A stretch of 28,964 nucleotides of DNA from a virus (taxonomy: Duplodnaviria; Caudoviricetes), in IMG/VR virus record IMGVR_UViG_3300025608_000003, positions 1 to 28,964 of that record. One strand, given 5' to 3'. Below are positions 15,283-24,029 of this stretch, piece by piece. The position numbers and the translations under genes were made by a program. Every line of letters starts with the position of its first letter. Positions within the stretch are counted from its first letter, which is position 1. The notes under the pieces are model-generated. The model worked only from the letters and a program-made list of their open reading frames with translations. It was not told the DNA's origin and ran no database searches.

Positions 15283-16789
15283 TGCCTGGCCCCCCCGTTG
15301 GCTAACCCCAGTATCAGAAGAACACATAGCCCAGGGCGAAGGCCAATACGTCATAGATTTTGCTGAAGCTTTCGGCATCATCACCAAAGACTCTGTTGCT
15401 GGCAAATCGGGATCACCTATACAGTTACGGGACTGGCAGAAAGAGCTAGTCCTCAACATGTTCGCCCACGAAGCAGGCGGGCTGAAACACCGCGTACAAC
15501 TAATAGGGATGCCCCGGAAGTCCGGTAAGAGCGCCCTCGGATCAGTCCTGGCGCTATATTCGCTCATGCTCGGCCCCGACGGCGGTGAAGTGTATTCCGT
15601 CGCTGCCGAAAAAGAACAAGCCCGGATCGTGTTCAAGGATGCCAAACGGATGATCGAAGCATCACCAGAACTATCCGCATCAGCCAAACTGTACCGGGAT
15701 GCCATAGAGATCCCCGCAGCCGGATCCGTCTACCGCGCCCTATCCGCTGAGGCATACAGTAAGGAAGGCCTGAACCCACACTTCGTACTATTCGATGAAC
15801 TCCACGCCCAACCCAACCGGGAACTTTTCGATGTTATGTCACTCGCCATGGGATCCCGTGGACGGCTGGCTAGCCTAGTTGCAATCACAACAGCCGGGGT
15901 CAAGATGGACAGCACCGGTAGGGACAGTATCGCCTATAACCTGTACCAGTACGGGCAGAAGGTTTCAACAGGGGAAGTGGATGACGATAGCTTCTTCATG
16001 GCATGGTGGGAAGATGACGGGGATCACCATAGCCCTGACACCTGGCGTAAAGCCAACCCCGGCTTCGGTGACCTATCGGATCCCTCCGACTTTGAAAGCG
16101 CAGTAAGGCGCACCCCCGAAGCAGAGTTCCGCACCAAACGATGCAACCAATGGGTATCCTCCGCCATATCCTGGCTACCCACAGGCGCATGGGATAAATG
16201 TGCGGGCGAGTTCGAAATTAGCCAAGATGATGAAATCATCCTTGGCTTTGACGGCTCATTCAGCGGGGATGCCTCTGTAATCGTTGGGGCAACTATCCCC
16301 AAAGAAGATGATGAGAAAATTAGAATTTTTTTGGTGAAGGCTTGGGAGAAAGACCTAACTGAGGATGATGACAACTGGCGTGTTGATATCGCTGATGTGG
16401 AAAACACAATTATAGATTTTTGCGCGAATCACCCGAATGTCCGGGAGATCGCTTGTGACCCTTTCCGGTGGCAGCGTTCGATGCAGGTGCTTGAGGATCG
16501 CGGGTTGCCGGTGGTCGAGTGGCCTTCTACTTCGGTGAGGCGTATGGTTCCGGCGTGTGCGAAGTTCTATGACGGGGTGCTTGAGGAACGGTTCGTGCAT
16601 GACGGTAATCCGATTCTGGCTAGGCATTTGGATAATGCTGTGACTAAGATAGACAACATGGGGCCAAGGATCGTGAAGGAGAAGCGGAATAGTCCCCGTA
16701 AAATAGATGCTGCGGTTGCAGCAGTTTTGGCAGTGGATAGGGCTACCGCAGGTAGAATGGAAACTGTCGTTCCACAATTCTTTAGTTAG
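15272..16789 (+). CDS. terL: Terminase large subunit
   Basis: PRKSGKS Walker A, FDELHA Walker B, ITTAG, GFDGS and KIDAAVA nuclease motifs. Confidence 0.97.
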   Translation: MHTDAWPPRWLTPVSEEHIAQGEGQYVIDFAEAFGIITKDSVAGKSGSPIQLRDWQKELVLNMFAHEAGGLKHRVQLIGMPRKSGKSALGSVLALYSLMLGPDGGEVYSVAAEKEQARIVFKDAKRMIEASPELSASAKLYRDAIEIPAAGSVYRALSAEAYSKEGLNPHFVLFDELHAQPNRELFDVMSLAMGSRGRLASLVAITTAGVKMDSTGRDSIAYNLYQYGQKVSTGEVDDDSFFMAWWEDDGDHHSPDTWRKANPGFGDLSDPSDFESAVRRTPEAEFRTKRCNQWVSSAISWLPTGAWDKCAGEFEISQDDEIILGFDGSFSGDASVIVGATIPKEDDEKIRIFLVKAWEKDLTEDDDNWRVDIADVENTIIDFCANHPNVREIACDPFRWQRSMQVLEDRGLPVVEWPSTSVRRMVPACAKFYDGVLEERFVHDGNPILARHLDNAVTKIDNMGPRIVKEKRNSPRKIDAAVAAVLAVDRATAGRMETVVPQFFS

Positions 16790-16795
16790 GTGAAT

Positions 16796-16924
16796 ATGTC
16801 CACGACATTGCAGTTGCTTGGTGCTGGCGCGATTACGGCTGGCGTACTTTTGGTTTCGATCCCGGTTGGGATTATCGTTGCGGGAGCGTTCCTCCTGCTT
16901 GTTGGGTTGAGCGTAGGGCGATAG
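16796..16924 (+). CDS. 42-aa hydrophobic protein between terL and portal (not in ORF track)
   Basis: Translates as MSTTLQLLGAGAITAGVLLVSIPVGIIVAGAFLLLVGLSVGR; AGGTG RBS. Confidence 0.75.
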   Translation: MSTTLQLLGAGAITAGVLLVSIPVGIIVAGAFLLLVGLSVGR

Positions 16925-16928
16925 GTAA

Positions 16929-18293
16929 ATGGTATTCAATCGGTTATTTGAGCAGAGAGCTGTCAGCTACCAAACTTTGTTTGCTGCTGGTGACGATATT
17001 TCTTTGGGCACGCTTTCCGGCGTTACCCTGAACAATAACACGGTGTTCCAGGTGAACGCGGTGTTTTCGGCGGTATCGCTTATCTCTGACACGATCTCCA
17101 CGTTGCCGGTTGATGCGTATTACCGTGAGGATGAAACCCGTTACCCGTTGCGCCCGAAACCGAGCTGGGTTGATAAGCCGGACATTGACAGCACGCGGGA
17201 AGCTTTCTATTCTGCCGTGATCACTTCCCTACTGTTGGATGGTAACGCTTTCGTTCGGGTGTTTTCTAACGCCCGTGGGGAGATCGTGAACCTGGTTGTG
17301 TTGAACCCGCAGACTGTGAAGATCAAGCGGAATGGTTTGGGCCGGATCCAGTTCGCTATCGAGGGTGAGAGCAAGGCGCTGAGCTCAGATGAGCTGATCC
17401 ATATCCCGGATGTTGTTCGCCCCGGCGAGGTGCGCGGTGTTTCCCGTGTTGAGGCGTTGAAGGAAAACTTTGGTCTAGCGCTGGCGCTTGAGAAGTTTGC
17501 TAGTACGTTCTTCGGGCAGGGCACTAACCTGGGTGGTGTTATCGAGTTCCCCGGTAACTTGACCCAGGAGCAGGCTTCCGATCTTGCTGCCGGTTTCGAT
17601 AACCGCCATAAGGGTTGGAGGCGCGGTCACAAGACTGGTGTGCTTTCCGGTGGGGCTACTTTCAAGGCTACGCAGATTGACCCGCAACAGTCGCAGGCGT
17701 TGGATGCCCGGCACATGGCTGTCGAGGATATCGCCCGTGCTTTCAATGTTCCCCCGCACCTGTTGGCTTTGCCCGGCACTAACTCTTACGCGAGTGTTGA
17801 GCAGACTAACCTTGCTTGGGTTACTCACGGGTTGCGCCCTATCATTCAGAAGATCGAGGGTGCGCTGTCACCGTTGCTTTCCCGTTCCGCTAATGGCGAG
17901 GGTGCTTACTTGAAGTTCAACCTTGACGGGTTGCTTCGTGCGGATATTCAGTCCAGGATGAGCGCTTACTCTACGGGCTTGCAGTCGGGCTTCTTGACTA
18001 TCAACGATGTGCGTAGGCTTGAGGAGCTTGCCCCGATGGATGATGCTTCGGCTGATGTTGTCCGGGTGCCCCTAGCTAATGTGAACTTGGATGAGGCTGG
18101 CGTGAAGGCTCAGCGCGAACGGATCTTGATGGTTCAGTCGCTTGTGCTATCGGGTTACGATCCTGCTAGTGTTCTGGCTGCACTTGACTTGCCGGAGATC
18201 CCGCACACCGGGTTGCCTTCGTCGCAGTTGCAACCGGTCAGCCAGATTGACCCGGAGGATCCCGATTCAGTTTACAAGGATGAGGTGCAGTGA
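16929..18293 (+). CDS. Portal protein, HK97 family
   Basis: LLLDGNAF, IARAFNVPPHLL and GFLTINDVRRLEEL motifs. Confidence 0.96.
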   Translation: MVFNRLFEQRAVSYQTLFAAGDDISLGTLSGVTLNNNTVFQVNAVFSAVSLISDTISTLPVDAYYREDETRYPLRPKPSWVDKPDIDSTREAFYSAVITSLLLDGNAFVRVFSNARGEIVNLVVLNPQTVKIKRNGLGRIQFAIEGESKALSSDELIHIPDVVRPGEVRGVSRVEALKENFGLALALEKFASTFFGQGTNLGGVIEFPGNLTQEQASDLAAGFDNRHKGWRRGHKTGVLSGGATFKATQIDPQQSQALDARHMAVEDIARAFNVPPHLLALPGTNSYASVEQTNLAWVTHGLRPIIQKIEGALSPLLSRSANGEGAYLKFNLDGLLRADIQSRMSAYSTGLQSGFLTINDVRRLEELAPMDDASADVVRVPLANVNLDEAGVKAQRERILMVQSLVLSGYDPASVLAALDLPEIPHTGLPSSQLQPVSQIDPEDPDSVYKDEVQ

Positions 18294-18577
18294 TGCCGGT
18301 TATTACACGGAATGTTTCTTTAGCTCAAGATACACCTGCTCTTATTGTGGGCCGTGACAACATGTTCCAAGAGGTGCACATTCACAATCATGAGCACTCG
18401 CAGGGGCGCGACTTGTATGTGGGCCCAGATAATACGGTGTCTGCCACGAACGGTCATCATGTTCTTGCGGAGAGCGACATTGTTTTCAATCTTGCACCTG
18501 GGGATGTTTTGTGGGGTATGACCCCTGATGGGGCGGGCTGTGATGTAACGGTTTTACAGATTCAGAAGAATGACTGA
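18290..18577 (+). CDS. Hypothetical beta-rich protein in the head module
   Basis: Coupled to both the portal and protease genes. Confidence 0.7.
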   Translation: MMPVITRNVSLAQDTPALIVGRDNMFQEVHIHNHEHSQGRDLYVGPDNTVSATNGHHVLAESDIVFNLAPGDVLWGMTPDGAGCDVTVLQIQKND

Positions 18578-20148
18578 TGCCTTACTTTATTACTGACGAA
18601 CACCCGGACTGCGAGAATTGGGCTGTTGTCAAAGAGAACGGTGAACTGTTGGGTTGCCACCCTAACGAGTTGTCTGCTATAGATCAGATGGTTGCGGTTT
18701 CTATGGCTGAAGATATTGAGCCTGGCGGAACCTACAAGGGCAACACTTTCTCCCCTTTCGATCCCACAGCAAACCGGGCTGCACCCGATGAGCTTGAGCT
18801 GGGCGATTTTGTGGAGTGGAATTCTTCTGGCGGTATGGCGCGGGGAACGATTGAACAGATTGTTCGTGACGGGCAAGTAGATATTCCTAACTCTGATTTT
18901 GTTGTGAACGGCACCGAGGATGACCCTGCTGCTTTGATCCAGGTGTGGAAGCGCAATGAGAGTGACGATCAGGTTTATTGGGAGCCGAGTGGCGTTCTTG
19001 TTGGGCACAGGTTCTCGACTTTGACGAAGATTGCACCGTTGCCGATGGAGCAAGATCGTGAACTCAGGCAAGTGAACCTAGAGCCACCGGCTTACATGAG
19101 GGCTGCTGCTAGGCGCGGGCTCGAATACTATGAGCAAGGCTTAGGTGGCGACGGGCTTGTGGATAGAACTATCCGCGAGGCTAGGGCTATGGCGCGGGGT
19201 ACAGTTACCGCCGAGAAGTGGGTTCGCTTGCGTGCTTGGATCGCACGGCACCTTGTTGATCTCGATGCGCCGGCTGCCGATCCCGACAGCGAACAGTACC
19301 CTTCCGCTGGTGTTGTCGCACACTTGCTTTGGGGTTCCGGCCCTTCTAAGCGGGCTGCACAACGCACTTTGGAATACGCTAATGGGGTAGTTGCTAGACT
19401 AGAAGAAGAAAACGAAGGCCGAGCGAGAGGCGAATCATTGAGTAAATTGGAAACGCGGGTCAATTCCGTTGATTTTGAGATCCGTGAAACCCAAGATGGG
19501 ATGTTCTTTGAGGGCTACGCTGCTGTTTTCGATAGCCCTTCTGAGCCGTTGCCTTTCATCGAGCGGATCGCGCCCGGCGCTTTCATTCGTTCTTTGAAGT
19601 CGCGCAATGATGTAAAGATTTTGTGGAACCATGACACGGGATCCGTGCTGGGTTCTACCCGTGCGGGTACTTTGAAGCTGACCGAGGATGACCGTGGGCT
19701 CCGGGTTGAAGCGCAACTACCAAACACAACTGTTGGGCGTGATGCTGCCGAGTTGCTGAAGCGTGGCGATATTGACTCGATGTCGTTCGGGTTCTCTGTG
19801 CCCCGTGGCGGTGACGATTGGAACGCTGATGGTTCTGAGCGCACGTTGCGTGAGGTTAGGCTCCACGAAGTTTCTATTGTGGCGTTCCCTGCTTATTCGG
19901 GCACGGCTGGCACAACTACTGTTCGCGGTTTGGATGCTGTGGCTAAGCGTGCCGAGGTGGATCCCGATTCCCTTGCCGATGCAATCTTGAAGGTTGAGCA
20001 GGGCGAAGATATTACTGCCGATGACCGCAACTTGTTGTCGCAGGTTATTGACAAGCTTTCCCCTGAGCAGGTTGATGAAGTTGAGGCTACCGATTACGAT
20101 ATGCTGGCGCTCAAGAAGAAGAAGCTCGCATTGTTGATGGGACTCTAA
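18577..20148 (+). CDS. HK97-type prohead protease with a long multi-domain N-terminal extension
   Basis: C-terminal GYAAVF..LWNHD..MSFGF..EVSIVAFPAY; about 290 extra N-terminal residues. Confidence 0.92.
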   Translation: MPYFITDEHPDCENWAVVKENGELLGCHPNELSAIDQMVAVSMAEDIEPGGTYKGNTFSPFDPTANRAAPDELELGDFVEWNSSGGMARGTIEQIVRDGQVDIPNSDFVVNGTEDDPAALIQVWKRNESDDQVYWEPSGVLVGHRFSTLTKIAPLPMEQDRELRQVNLEPPAYMRAAARRGLEYYEQGLGGDGLVDRTIREARAMARGTVTAEKWVRLRAWIARHLVDLDAPAADPDSEQYPSAGVVAHLLWGSGPSKRAAQRTLEYANGVVARLEEENEGRARGESLSKLETRVNSVDFEIRETQDGMFFEGYAAVFDSPSEPLPFIERIAPGAFIRSLKSRNDVKILWNHDTGSVLGSTRAGTLKLTEDDRGLRVEAQLPNTTVGRDAAELLKRGDIDSMSFGFSVPRGGDDWNADGSERTLREVRLHEVSIVAFPAYSGTAGTTTVRGLDAVAKRAEVDPDSLADAILKVEQGEDITADDRNLLSQVIDKLSPEQVDEVEATDYDMLALKKKKLALLMGL

Positions 20149-20321
20149 TGGCTACTGAGAAGCAGATCGAAAACACTATTCTGGAAATGGCTGGGAAGCC
20201 TAGCTCTGGTATCATCAAGGAACTAGCACCTAAATGGGCGCGGGCGATTGCGGAGCTTGACAAGATTCAGGCTCAAGATAAAAAAGAAACGCGCGTGACC
20301 GACTCATCAGAGATTCGCTAG
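20148..20321 (+). CDS. 57-aa protein after the protease (not in ORF track)
   Basis: TAATG coupling; translates as MATEKQIENTILEMAGKPSSGIIKELAPKWARAIAELDKIQAQDKKETRVTDSSEIR. Confidence 0.75.
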   Translation: MATEKQIENTILEMAGKPSSGIIKELAPKWARAIAELDKIQAQDKKETRVTDSSEIR

Positions 20322-20329
20322 TCAAATAA

Positions 20330-20373
20330 AAATATCCCCCCCGGCTACCTTTCTCCGGGGGGGATATTTCTTT
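20330..20373. terminator. Bidirectional terminator with anti-SD loop CTACCTTTCT
   Basis: Perfect 15-bp stem 20330-20344/20355-20369 with A-rich left and T-rich right flanks; lies between convergent genes. Confidence 0.85.
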
Positions 20374-20381
20374 GCTTCGAA

Positions 20382-20522
20382 CTACTTCAGTTCTTCGAGT
20401 TGGCGTGTGATTTTTAGGATCTGAGTCTGCGCGCGGTTCATTCCCCATTCGGTGACGGAGTTCCCCCAGGCGTTCGACCAGATGGCTAGTGCTTCTTCTA
20501 GTTCTGCTATTCGCTTGTCCAT
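20382..20522 (-). CDS. 46-aa helical protein MDKRIAELEEALAIWSNAWGNSVTEWGMNRAQTQILKITRQLEELK (not in ORF track)
   Basis: AGAAAGGAAAACC RBS; stops just before the terminator. Confidence 0.7.
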   Translation of the reverse strand: MDKRIAELEEALAIWSNAWGNSVTEWGMNRAQTQILKITRQLEELK

Positions 20523-20535
20523 GGTTTTCCTTTCT

Positions 20536-20721
20536 TTAGATCTCGGAGAGGGTCAAGGTGTAGTCAGCGTTGTTGTACCCGTTGTCACGCGCCCAGGCGT
20601 GGAGCCATTCGAGGTGCTCGGCTGCTGCGGTCATGGTTTTGAAGAAGGTTTCGTGATCCCGCCCCTTGGTGTGATCCTGGATATAGATTGAGTAAGTCAT
20701 CTGGTTCCCTTTCGTTGTCAT
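20536..20721 (-). CDS. Small hypothetical protein (alternative SD-led start at 20700)
   Basis: GAAAGGGAACC RBS; has its own promoter. Confidence 0.75.
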   Translation of the reverse strand: MTTKGNQMTYSIYIQDHTKGRDHETFFKTMTAAAEHLEWLHAWARDNGYNNADYTLTLSEI

Positions 20722-20759
20722 ATTATTAGGATACTATATATCCTAATAATGCGCTACTC
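20722..20759 (-). promoter_or_regulatory. Leftward promoter/operator copy 2 with a perfect 12-bp inverted repeat
   Basis: ATTATTAGGATA-ctata-TATCCTAATAAT (20722-20750); GAGTAG-N20-TATCCT-N6-ATG on the minus strand. Confidence 0.75.
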
Positions 20760-20775
20760 GAAACGCACTTTCCTA

Positions 20776-20874
20776 TACAATGGTGTAGTCGGAATTGTGA
20801 GTCTGCTCTGCCGGCGTAAAAGATTGAGCGTCATCGCCGTCTAACCATGTAAACAAACACAAATTGGAGACAAA
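20776..20874 (+). promoter_or_regulatory. Capsid gene promoter (-10 TACAAT) and structured 5' leader
   Basis: TACAAT at 20776-20781; two small hairpins at 20788-20815 and 20821-20842; GGAG RBS. Confidence 0.5.
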
Positions 20875-22047
20875 ATGTCTGAGTTCCTCAAAGCTCAGCA
20901 GGAAGTCCGCGCCAACCTGACCGAACAGATCCGCGATGTAATCGAGGGTGCTGAGGCCGAGGCTCGTGGCTTGGATGCTGCTGAACTGGAAAAGATTGAC
21001 CGCATCGAAAGCGACATCCGTTCCGCTGACGAAGCAATCGCCGTTGCAACCCGCAACGCAGAGCGTTCCGCTGAGGCTGCTGAAGCTTCGCGCGGTTTCG
21101 TTCCCGCAGAAGCACGCGAGGAGCGCACCGCCGGTGACATCCTTCGCGGTATCGCCCAGGGTGAGATCCGTGGACACGAGTTCGAACAGCGCACCACCTT
21201 GGTGCCTTCGGCTAACACAGTACCCAAGTCGTTCTTCGACCAGGTATTCGATGTTGCCCGACTCGTTGGCCCCATGCTCGAAACCTCCGACGTGATCAAC
21301 ACCACAACCGGTGAAGATCTCACGATCCCCACGCTCACCGCGTACAGCACTGCAACCCTCAAGGGTGCCGGTGCTGCTCTCGATGAGTCTGAGCCCACTT
21401 ACTCAAGCATCACGCTTGGTGCTTACAAGTACGGCCTGTTGATCCCAGTTGCAGCAGAACTCGTTTCTGATGCTGGATTCAACATTGAGTCGCACCTTGC
21501 CGAGCAGGCTGGTAACGGAATTGGTACAGCAGTGAACGCTGCACTCACCACGGGTGACGGATCCTCGAAGCCTAACGGCATCGTGACCGCTTCTTCCGAA
21601 GGTGTTGAGGGTGCTGATGCTGTTGCTGGTGCCTTCACCGCTGACAACCTGATCGACCTGGCTTACTCAGGTGTCGATGGACTGGTTCGCCGTCTGCCCG
21701 GAACCGCTTACATGGCTTCCGGCGCTGCTATCGGTGCGATGCGGAAACTGAAAGACACTGCCGGCAACTACCTGTACCAGGTGGGCGTTGGTCAGCCTGA
21801 CACTTTCGCTGGTTTCGATGTCGTGGAGAACCCAAACATTGCGGTTCCTGCTGCTGAAGCCAAGTCGGTGCTGTTCGGCCACATGCCTTCTTACAAGGTG
21901 CGTATGGCTGGCGGGCTACAGGTTGCTTCGTCCTCTGACTACGCATTCAACACCGACACCGTGACCTACCGGTTCACGATGCGCGTTGATGGTGACCTGA
22001 CCCACTCGGGCCACGTTCGCCACTTCGTTGGTGGGGCTGCAAGCTAA
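20875..22047 (+). CDS. Major capsid protein, HK97 fold with delta domain
   Basis: N-terminal coiled coil; GDGSSKPNGI, KLKDTAGNYLY and RVDG motifs. Confidence 0.96.
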   Translation: MSEFLKAQQEVRANLTEQIRDVIEGAEAEARGLDAAELEKIDRIESDIRSADEAIAVATRNAERSAEAAEASRGFVPAEAREERTAGDILRGIAQGEIRGHEFEQRTTLVPSANTVPKSFFDQVFDVARLVGPMLETSDVINTTTGEDLTIPTLTAYSTATLKGAGAALDESEPTYSSITLGAYKYGLLIPVAAELVSDAGFNIESHLAEQAGNGIGTAVNAALTTGDGSSKPNGIVTASSEGVEGADAVAGAFTADNLIDLAYSGVDGLVRRLPGTAYMASGAAIGAMRKLKDTAGNYLYQVGVGQPDTFAGFDVVENPNIAVPAAEAKSVLFGHMPSYKVRMAGGLQVASSSDYAFNTDTVTYRFTMRVDGDLTHSGHVRHFVGGAAS

Positions 22048-22062
22048 CCAACTGAATAAACC

Positions 22063-22103
22063 GGAGAGCCCCTGACCGATTACGGTTGGGGGCTTTCTGT
22101 TTC
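22063..22103 (+). terminator. Intrinsic terminator after the MCP gene
   Basis: 16-bp stem with G-U pairs (22063-22078/22083-22098), ATTA loop and T-rich tail. Confidence 0.75.
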
Positions 22104-22152
22104 CCCGAAGCGGTTCCCGCCTTTACCAGTAGAATGGTTGAGGAGGTTTCTA

Positions 22153-22761
22153 ATGGCTATTACTGACGGATACGCGACTCTCGATGAGGTCAAAGCTGCG
22201 CTACGCATCACCGACAATGTGGATGACACAATGTTGGAAATCGCAATCGAAGCAGCTTCGCGTGAGATTGACGGATACACGGAACGTGTGTTCACTTCTA
22301 ACTCGGGCACCCGCCTTTACATCCCGTTCGACTCTTATGTGACTGAGATTGACGATCTGGTCAGCATTACTTCTTTGGAGTCATCGTCTGATGGCAAAAC
22401 TTTTGACACAACCTGGACGGCAACCGACTACCAGTTGGAACCGCTCAACTCCATAGTCGGTGGTATAGCGACCCCTGCGACACGCATTAGGGCGATTGGG
22501 GATTACCTGTTCCCCGTGTGGGATGGGCGCGACACGAACGCTCAGGAGGCCACTGTGAGGGTCGTGGGCACGTTCGGTTGGTCGGCTGTGCCAGTTGCTA
22601 TCAAACAGGCAACCATCCTGCTCTCTATGCGCCAGTTCAAGCGTTACGACTCCCCGCTTGGTGTTGCCGGGTTCGGTGATCTTGGGGCGATGCGCGTGAG
22701 CCGGATTGACCCCGATGTTGAGGCGCTCGTGTCACCATTCAAGAAAGTGAGAATGGCGTGA
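22153..22761 (+). CDS. Head-tail connector (gp6-like)
   Basis: GYATLDEVKAAL..AASREIDGYT..VPVAIKQA motif; GAGGAGG RBS. Confidence 0.85.
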   Translation: MAITDGYATLDEVKAALRITDNVDDTMLEIAIEAASREIDGYTERVFTSNSGTRLYIPFDSYVTEIDDLVSITSLESSSDGKTFDTTWTATDYQLEPLNSIVGGIATPATRIRAIGDYLFPVWDGRDTNAQEATVRVVGTFGWSAVPVAIKQATILLSMRQFKRYDSPLGVAGFGDLGAMRVSRIDPDVEALVSPFKKVRMA

Positions 22762-23159
22762 CCATCCAGCAGATCCGCACCGGGCTCGCTGACAACCTAG
22801 CAACTATTCCGGGGCTTAGGGTTGCGATTGACATCCCCGATAACCCCAACCCACCACAAGCCGTTATTGCTATTGAGAGTGTTGCTTTCGATAACGCTTT
22901 CGCTCAGGGGCTAACCCTTTACACCTTCACGGTTAGCTTGATCGCTTCCCGCGTGTCTGAGCGTAACGCGCAACGGAAGCTCGATGCTTACACCTCTAAC
23001 GGTGCCCAATCGGTGAAACTAGCTATCGAGTCTGACAAGACTTTAGGCGGTTACGCTTACGATGTTCGTGTAACTGAAATGACTAACATCGGTACGGTTA
23101 TACTGGGAGATGTAATTTACTTGGCAGCGGATTTTGCTGTCACAGTTTACGCAGACTAA
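22758..23159 (+). CDS. Tail terminator/completion protein
   Basis: AIESDKTLGG motif; lies before the major tail gene. Confidence 0.7.
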   Translation: MTIQQIRTGLADNLATIPGLRVAIDIPDNPNPPQAVIAIESVAFDNAFAQGLTLYTFTVSLIASRVSERNAQRKLDAYTSNGAQSVKLAIESDKTLGGYAYDVRVTEMTNIGTVILGDVIYLAADFAVTVYAD

Positions 23160-23170
23160 GGAGAAACATA

Positions 23171-23578
23171 GTGGCAAAGTTCGCTGCAACAGACTACAAC
23201 ATTTCCATCGGTGGCACCGACTTTAGCTCAAGCCTGGCTGCCCTCACCCTTGACATTAGCGTTGAGGATCTCGAAACCACGCCTTTCGGTTCAAGTGCGC
23301 GTACCCGTATCGGTGGCCTTCAGGATGCTTCCGTACAGCTTGACTTCCACCAGGACTTTGGTGCGAGCTCCGTGGATGCGACCCTGTTCCCGCTTCTGGG
23401 CACCACCGTTGAGATCGTCGTGCTTCCCACTTCTTCAGCGGTTGGTTCAACGAACCCCAGCTACACCTTCGACTGCCTTGTCACGGAGTACCAGCCCTTC
23501 GCTTCTAGCGTTGGCGACCTGGCTTCGCTTTCCGTCACCTGGCCTGTTTCGGGAGAGATCACTCGCGCCGAGGCGTAA
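23171..23578 (+). CDS. Major tail (tube) protein
   Basis: AAGGAG RBS; ETTPFG..IGGL..VGDLASLSVTWPVSG motif. Confidence 0.85.
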   Translation: MAKFAATDYNISIGGTDFSSSLAALTLDISVEDLETTPFGSSARTRIGGLQDASVQLDFHQDFGASSVDATLFPLLGTTVEIVVLPTSSAVGSTNPSYTFDCLVTEYQPFASSVGDLASLSVTWPVSGEITRAEA

Positions 23579-23597
23579 CATGCGGTAGTGTTTAGGT

Positions 23598-23846
23598 ATG
23601 AATTTCAACCTAGACATCACATACCTTGACGGCACTACCAAATCGGTCACAGGCATGGCTGCGGACTTTGTCGCTTTTGAAACAAAGTTCGATCTCAGCA
23701 TGGCACGGATCGAGAGTGAGATTCGTTTGACTCACTTGTTCTTCCTCGGTTGGCATATCGAGCACAGAACCGGTCAGACGAAACTCACTTTCGAGAAGTG
23801 GCTCGAAACCGTAGAGATTGTTCAGCCAGCAGACACAAAAAAATAG
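23598..23846 (+). CDS. Tail assembly chaperone (G form)
   Basis: Follows the major tail gene; ends A-AAA-AAA-TAG. Confidence 0.8.
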   Translation: MNFNLDITYLDGTTKSVTGMAADFVAFETKFDLSMARIESEIRLTHLFFLGWHIEHRTGQTKLTFEKWLETVEIVQPADTKK

Positions 23847-24004
23847 TTGGGCTGGGTGACCAGTCTATGCACTGGCTCATCGCTACCATCGCTTGTGAAA
23901 CCGGTATAGGCCCGAACGAACTGTTGTCGTTGGAGCCACGGATGTTGTGGACTTTGCAGCGTTACCTTGAAGGGCGCGCGAAGGCACAACGCAAGCGCAG
24001 GTAG
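23837..24004 (+). CDS. Tail assembly chaperone -1 frameshift extension (GT form)
   Basis: Slippery A AAA AAA at 23837-23843; the -1 frame reads KIVGLGDQSMHWLIATIACETGI.. to TAG at 24004. Confidence 0.8.
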   Translation, partial: KKIVGLGDQSMHWLIATIACETGIGPNELLSLEPRMLWTLQRYLEGRAKAQRKRR

Positions 24005-24029
24005 AATAGTAAGTGATTGGAGCCCAGCC

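Noticed and set aside
20376-20398. TCGAAC...TTCGA as an SOS box
   Set aside because: The spacing does not fit GAAC-N4-GTTC, and it lies at a gene end rather than a promoter.
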